A stretch of 64,000 nt of DNA from Chrysomallon squamiferum. Lineage: Eukaryota > Animalia > Mollusca. Location: positions 15,872,001 through 15,936,000 of the forward strand of contig CM022665.1 of the NCBI GenBank assembly GCA_012295275.1, in the 5' to 3' direction. Position numbers and translations under genes: made by a program. Numbering within the stretch: the stretch's first letter is position 1; the number at the start of each line of letters is the position of its first letter. Shown here piece by piece: positions 56,188 through 64,000 of this stretch. The notes under the pieces are model-generated. The model saw only the letters and a program-made list of their open reading frames with translations. It had not been told where the DNA came from and ran no database searches.

Positions 56188-58132
56188 TAAAAATAATAAT
56201 AAATAACAAATAGAATTTTCAAAAATAATTAAATACATTAACAACACTTGCCTGCTTGTGTAACACATGGCACTTCACGTATTTACAAAAGAAAAAAAAA
56301 AAAAAAAAAAAAAAAAAATCAGATTGTACCTGTTTTACAAAGTTAATTAAGTTTGATATAAGTTTCCCTGTCGACAGTTAATAATTGCATGATGTCACAT
56401 TGTTGTCAGTTAACAGTACCAGCTTTTGTACGTGTGTTTTTCTTTTACAGAATATCATTGTTTTATCCAGTAGTGAGACTAGACAGGGACAACAACGACA
56501 ACAACAACAATAACAACAACATAATAATAATAATAATAACAATAATAGCAACAACAGCAATAATAACGATATAATAACAATGATGATGATGATGCTGATG
56601 CTGCTTATAATGATGATGATGATAACATCAGTACTTCTTATAATGTATTAAACAACAACAACAACAACTATTACTATTACTAATACTTACTACTGATATT
56701 ACTACAACGGTCACTTCAATAAAATAAAATAAAATAAATAAAATAAAATAAAATACAATAAAATATAAATAAATAAATAAATAAATAAATAAAATAAAAT
56801 AAAATACAATAAAATAAGAATAAATAAATAATTCACATATACATAATTATATTTAATAATTTTGTATTATTATAATAATTTTTTTTTTTTTTTTGCTTTA
56901 TCTTTTAACTTCACTGCTTTTCTTTTCTTTGAACGTAAACATGTGTGTACTTATATCTCTCTACCTGTGCACGTAGATTTTTTTTTTTTTTTTTTTTTTC
57001 CAGCGCACTCTTGTCTGTTAAGTAAGTCAGGTTTGACGACCTTTCACAACACTCGCCTCATATTAAGACAGTCGAAAGAACAATATCGTATATCTCTTCG
57101 ACAGAGTAAGTCAATTTAAAGCAAACATCGATCACAATTTCTCTGTGAAATCCGACACGAACAATAGCCTTGTCGCCTTCGTTTTCTTCCGTAATTCACG
57201 TTGGCACCGTAAGCGTCAACTGTTTAACCACTTGTGTTCTACCGAGAAGCGTTTACGACCTAGACACGTAAAACTCGCAGTGATATAGTAAAAACAAACA
57301 AAACATGTTCACAGTGGGGTGTCTCGATGCTCGCACGGCCACTAACGAAATTAATAAGTTTTTTTTACAAGCTGATATCGATATGGTGATTCCTGCACAT
57401 TCTCGGGTATGACAGTAGATCATTTTTATTATTTTTTTTTCCTATCTTTTTTTTTTTTTTTTTTTTTTTATTTAAAAAAATAAAAAAATAAAAATAAAGG
57501 AGAAAATAAGAGTTAAATAAACAATAATAATAAAAAAAAATTAATAATAATAATAATAAGGGTGTAGTTTGTCAGCAAATGAATTTGAATAAAGAGCAGA
57601 AATTTATTATTATTATTATTATTATTATTATATTATGTATGTGTGTGTATATACACGTTTGAATGTACGTTGGTACGTATGTATGTAGGTATGTACGTAT
57701 GTATTAAATGTAATGTGATCAGTAAATCAACAAACATTTAATATTTTCACAGATGTTACAAAAATAAGAAATAGTTCATTTTTCGATGTAAATACATTTA
57801 TTTTATCTGTCTGTCTGTCTCTCTGTCTATCTGTCTATCTACCTATGTATCTCTCTCTTTGTTTATTTCTATGTCTCTTTTTTCTTTCTATATATATATC
57901 TATCTAAATATCTATCTGCCTGTCTCTTTTTGTATCTGTCTATCTGTCTGTCTGTCTGTCTGTTTGTCTGTTTGTCTGACTATCTGTCTGTCTCAGTTTA
58001 TTTGTCTTTCTATCTATCTATCTGTTTGTATGTATGTATCTCCGGCTGTCTGTCTGTCTGTTTCTCAATCTACGTATCCATTTAGTTATTTCAAAATTTA
58101 AAGCTGTGTATATAGAATTGCATGGGTATATA

Positions 58133-58165
<33 letters not shown>

Positions 58166-58902
58166 ATTCAATTAGAACATAAACCAGAAAGTAATTTATG
58201 CGCTGCCTCGCTGAATTCACGTGCCGTATACATTCGTGCGCGTGTCCTAATTGCACCCAGTGTAGAATTTATTTTTTTTTTTTTTTTCAGCGTACACGTA
58301 TGTGTTTCAATTGTTTCATTTGTGTATTATTCTTCCATTTTATTTATTTACCTACAGCTGTGGACAAAATAACCTCTCAGATCAAACGCGAAAAACAAAG
58401 AGCGAAAAACAAAAGCAAAATTTCGACACGATTCATTGGACGGGTTATGCCATTACAGCCACATTGAATGTCTTTCTGTTGAACATCCATCCCGTTGTTC
58501 CCGTTTTGAAAACGTCCACTCATGCATCATCAGATTCATAAAGCATACTTACATTATTAGTGGGTTAATGCTGATTTGTTGCAAATATGATTTGCAGAAA
58601 CTGAAGCGATGATTAGTCATTTTGTCCGCAGTGAAAAGGTCGAGCGATCTAAAGATTTATTCATATATGTATCAGCTTAGTTAATATGTAAATTACGGTT
58701 TGTGTCATCATGGTTGTTTGTTGTTGTTGCTTTTGATATTTTTAATATTTTACTAATTTAGCTTGTTTGTTTATTTAATCATTCATTCGTTCATTTATTA
58801 ATTTATTTAATTTATCATTTACTAATTAATTTGTTTTATTTTAATTTCTTTATTCATTCATTTGTTTTTGTTCATTATTAATCTATTTATCATTTAGCTA
58901 GT

Positions 58903-58903
<1 letters not shown>

Positions 58904-58985
<82 letters not shown>

Positions 58986-59249
58986 CGAGAAGGAACCATG
59001 TATTTACAAAAACGAAACAACAAAACAGAAATAAACACGCTAGCCAGAACAAAAAACAACAACAAAAAACAAAAATAATGGATAATTATATGCGACATTT
59101 ATGATGTTGTATCATTTTAGAATTTTGTTTTATACATCGAACTTCCCTTGCTGTAAGTTATTCTTATATATTTTATTCAGGTCAAAAGGTGCTTAGCAAT
59201 GAAATGAAGACAAAAACACGAACAGCAGATTTTCTTTTAATCTATATCC

Positions 59250-59334
<85 letters not shown>
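58904..59334. repeat. Facing (GA)n (58904-58985) and (TC)n (59251-59334) tracts
   Basis: Read directly; the two ~80-bp tracts are mutually complementary and ~265 bp apart. Confidence 0.92.
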
Positions 59335-59338
<4 letters not shown>

Positions 59339-60689
59339 CTTTCCTTCTTTTTGTTTGTTGGTTTTAACATCCATGAAAAATATTTCGAAAAGCATTATTT
59401 AATAAATAATTTTATCATAATTCAATGATCAGAAAAGTGAACTATCGGATAACGCATCAGTTAGCACCTAACCATTCCATGTGTTGGTACAGACGGCAAT
59501 AAAGAGCTGAAAAAGAAGATTACAAAATTTAAAATGTGGTTGAAGTTGTTTTTCTCTGTAAATATGTACTCTTGAGTAATATTTATATATTTCGCAACTA
59601 TAACAAAATATGAAGTCTTTAACTGTTATTTTCGATTTGCATCAGAATTCTGAAAATACGACTAAATTTTATTTATCATTTTTTTCTTTCTTTCTTTCTT
59701 TCATTTTATTTTATTTTATCTTTTATAATATTTTATTTTGTCGGTCCTTTTTTTTTTTTACTCTTTCTTCCAATAATTTGTTTTCTCTTCAGATAAGATT
59801 ATTTTCATTTTCATAAAACGAAATACATAAATGTAAACCCAAATATTAATAAATTACAGTTCTAATATTTATGTATAAAATTTAAAAGAAATTTTACTAG
59901 TACATTTCTGGTGTATTATTTAAATTAGATTGTAGGCTATATTTATATTTATAGGTACAGAAATCAGCAAAGACAATTCAAATCAAAATTGTACATATAA
60001 ATTTAGCCAGTTCTTGGATAGGCCTTCAGGATGATAGGTTCAAAGATCGCGTCTTCTTGCCGCTAATATCCATATCGTCTCTTATATATAATTTCTTGGT
60101 TAGCATACTAACCAAACACATATATAAAACTTAAAATGTTAAATGGTTTTAATTTTTGTGTCTAAATATCGATTCATGTACATATCCTCCATGAACCTAC
60201 CTACATGTATACAATATATACATTATACATACATACATACATACATACATACACATGCATAAATGCATACATCCATATACCATATATATACATACACACG
60301 TTCATACATACATATGTACGAACGTACACGCAACACACACATACATACATTTACGTTCGCACAAATATACACAAGTAGTCACATATATACACATACATTA
60401 CGACTACAGTGTAAAATATATAGCAACATCTATGAAACAAGGTGACTGATCCCGTGTTAATGTTTTCGCTAAATCATATTAAAAGCGTATTTAATACACG
60501 AACACAGTTAGCGCGAGACTCCACGGAAGCGCAATTGATAAATTATTCCTAGTTAGTGGGGTGGAGAAAGCATTTGACTGTTCCCGGCTCGCTCTGCTGT
60601 CAAAAGCTGTCGACAAACAATTTTCGTTTTAAAAACCCTGCCTCTATTTCTGTTTGAATTGGCACAGAGCCGTGGCTGCCGTAATAACA

Positions 60690-60876
60690 GTCAGATCGAG
60701 CCAGCCAATGAGAAATGCGGAGAGATGATCCGCGTGTGTGTAATGGATGGCTTGAACTGACACACGTGAACAAGTCAGAGACATGCGGGCTAGTGTCGTT
60801 GTTAGAATGAGAACTCTGATTGGTTCGCCAGAGGCATAGGTCAGTTCGGGACTTAATCTGACGGCGACAAGTTGTA
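60690..60876 (+). promoter_or_regulatory. RNA Pol II core promoter of Inr+DPE type, predicted TSS at 60843
   Basis: Inr TCAGTT at 60841-60846 (A+1 = 60843); AGTTG at 60870-60874 fits DPE RGWYV at exactly +28..+32, with G at +24. Upstream are CCAAT (60705-60709), CACGTG (60763-60768) and ATTGG (60819-60823), in CpG-rich sequence with no TATA box. Confidence 0.6.
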
Positions 60877-60925
60877 CACGGAGTTATCAAGCCAGGACCG
60901 AGCCGACTTGAAGTTTTAAGTCTCG

Positions 60926-60958
<33 letters not shown>

Positions 60959-60986
60959 GATAAAAAATTCGAGAGATAAAGAGAGT

Positions 60987-61027
<41 letters not shown>

Positions 61028-61076
61028 AGATTGAGAGATACTTGGATTAAGATGAATCGCTCTTCGGGAACATCAA
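60843..61076 (+). other. Putative first exon: 5' UTR with A-tract and GA repeat, possible start MNRSSGTS, followed by an intron
   Basis: First ATG after the predicted TSS is at 61052 in a good context (AAGATGA); CAA|GTAAGT donor at 61076/61077; AT-rich, intron-like sequence follows to the window end. The gene cannot be identified. Confidence 0.45.
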
Positions 61077-62419
61077 GTAAGTAACTTTAACTTTTATGTA
61101 GATAGATAAATGAATTTGTTGCCAATTTTTTATTTTTTATTTTTAAATTATTGTTATTTGTTTTATATATAATGTTCAGTTTTAAAATAATAATAATAAC
61201 AGGTACGGCGTGTTTGTGTTAATATTTAATAACGAAATTGTGTGTAATATTTTTATTTTATTTAGTTTTAGTTTTAGTTTAGTTTAGTTTAGCTTAGTTT
61301 CCTTTAGTTTAATTTTAATTTTAATTTAAATTAATTCAATTTAATTCATTTTTTTTTTTTTTTAAACTTATATTTTATTTATTATTAAATTACTTTTGGT
61401 GTTGTTGTTGTTGTTGTTGTTTGATCTCCTTCTAATTATTATTAATGTTATCATCGCCACTACTACAATTATTACAACTATTAGTGTTATTACTGATGTT
61501 GTTATTTTTAACCATTATCAGGTCTGACGCAATATCAGTAAAACAAACTCTTATCGGGGGGGGGGGGAGGGGGAGAAAAAAAAAAAAATTGAGAAGAAGA
61601 AAGAATAAATAATAATGGTGATGATGATGATAATAATAATAACAACAGCAATAACAGCAACAATATAATAATAATAGTAGTAGCAGTAGTAGTAATAGTA
61701 ATAATAATAATAATAATAATAACAACAAGAACAATAATTATTGTTAAAAAAAACACCCAAAAACAAAAACATAATGAGAGATAAAGATAAAGAAAGATAA
61801 AGATAAAACCTGAATACTGAAACAAACTGTTTTCATGATACTTTTGTTAATTATTAGAATATATACAATTTTAATCTGCTTTTGAATAAGCTTCCAGGTA
61901 CAATGCATATTGCCGAGAATACGTAGTCGAAGTGAATATAGCAAATATTGTTTTAATAGTCTGATAAAAATATGTATAGTTAACTGACATAATTTTTAAT
62001 TTATATATAGAGAAATTAAATTAAAAATTAAACAAAACCAAAAAAAAAAAAAAAAAAAAAAAAACTGACATTTATTTGTAATAATAAATAACAGAGATTA
62101 TGCATACTCAAGATATTTAAGCGAAATGTGAAAGATTATAAGTATATATGAAAATGAACAGCGTGATTTTGATCAACTGTGAGTTTGTTTATTTTTGAGT
62201 CTGTTTGTCGCGTTTGTCAATACTTACCGATAATGCAAGGGATACACTTTAAATAATATATAGTAAAGATAATTAAAGTACTTTCATTTCCGAAAGAAAC
62301 AGATCGGTAATTTCCGTAGCAGTGCTGACTTCGTTTGACTTGTGTAAAATACTTGTGTGCAAATATCTTTATGTCTGTCTCTGTCTGTCTGTCTATCTAT
62401 CTGTCTGTATTTCTGTCTG

Positions 62420-62480
<61 letters not shown>

Positions 62481-64000
62481 TTTTTATTTTTTATTCGTAT
62501 TAGTGTATGTAAGAGCCAAAGAGATCGAGTAAAATTAATTTTGTTTCTATTCTGAATAAGTTTATATGATACACTGGAGTATTAATGTGTATGCAGGTAT
62601 GCGTGTGTTTTTGTATGTGTACGATTTTCATGTGATGTGTGCGCGCGTGTTCGTGTATATATAAATATGTACTCTCAGCATGTTCATCTATTTCTATATA
62701 TGTATAAGTATATATATATATATGTCGTATTTATTTGTTGTGTGTCTGATTTCAAATAAAGGTAGCAGGCTGAGAGACAGGAGATCCTCTTAAATTATAT
62801 TTATTTAAACTGTATAGAGTTTCTTTTGAGCTTTCACTTTTTTAAATTTTCATATAAATATTTAAATCAGTTTATATATAGAACGCTTAACGTCGTAAGG
62901 CAATCAAGTTGAATAATTCTCTTTGAATTTAACAACAACCACAACAAAAGCAACAACAATAGTAGCAGTAATAATACTAATACTAATACTGCTACTACTA
63001 ATAATAAAAGTATTAGTAATAATAATACACGTATTAATAATGACTATAATAATAATAATTTGGTTTGAAATTTCATACAGTACCTAATAAATAAATTCAG
63101 AAGTAAAACAGACAAATCTTTTTAATAAGTTAACAGATAAAATAAATAAATAAATAAAAAATAACAACAATAAATACATAAATTCATAAAAAAGAAAGTA
63201 AGTAAATAAGTAAGTAAATAAGTCAATAAATAAATAGAAACGCAATCATTAATAAATAAAAAAAAAAAAAAAAAAAAAAATTATATATATATATATATAT
63301 ACATTAATAAATAATTGAAGTTAAAAATAGAAACCTATTAGAACAAAAGGTATGGATTAATAAAGATCGTGCTATTTCGCCGCTGTTTTTTGATTCTTTG
63401 CGCAACTTTTAGCTTGTGTAAATAAATAAAAAAAAAATAAACAGAAATATATACATATATATATATATATAATTTTTGTTTAAAAAATAAAAAAGGAATG
63501 AGAAAAAATACCTGCTACAATGCTAGTTTTAAATTAATTCGATAACATTAATATTTCTGTAAAGTTATAATGTCAAAGTATATATCTTTTTTTTTTTTTT
63601 AATCACTGAACTGTAATTGCTTTCTATTTTTAATTTTTTTCTGTTTGTTTGTATTTATCTGTTTTTTTTCTAAGTACATTAAATAAAATGCAAATATCCT
63701 AATTATAGAAAGCACATTAATTTCATGACGAGAGTGATTTTAGTTAGATATCAGATGATAGATAAATGTTTTGTGTTACTATTACTATCCATTATGCATA
63801 AAATACGCATTTAGTAATTTTCCATTTCACATCGGCATATTTTAATCTTTGTACTAATTGAAAACAATGTCATCCAAGCACTTCTGCAAATAATAAATGA
63901 AGTAAAAAAAAAAAAAAAAAAAAAAAGAGACAGAGTGAGAAAGATAAAGACTGAGAAACTGAGAAAGACACAGAACTGATATACAGCTGGATATATAGAT

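Overview
Very AT-rich, microsatellite-saturated eukaryotic (metazoan) DNA, probably invertebrate. SINE-like remnants suggest a gastropod mollusc, but that is inference. I recognise no protein-coding ORF: the ORF track consists of translated simple repeats or short chance frames. The window alternates about 40 islands of complex, CpG-retaining sequence (roughly 0.2-1 kb) with low-complexity spacers. The best-supported functional element is a + strand Pol II promoter and first exon near the right end: two CCAAT boxes, an E-box, Inr TCAGTT at 60841 with an exactly spaced DPE at +28, an ATG at 61052 and a GTAAGT donor at 61077. The preceding 60 kb may therefore be the regulatory desert, or a large intron, of a developmental-type gene. 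The most unexpected structure is a pair of ~190-200 bp inverted repeats (48020-48207 and 52695-52897) enclosing ~4.5 kb. Also present: a tandem array of a SINE-tail-like module, minisatellites with higher-order or palindromic units, five perfect CRE palindromes, three DR1 nuclear-receptor elements, a YY1-type promoter-like island, and an apparent excess of GAC/GTC in the islands.
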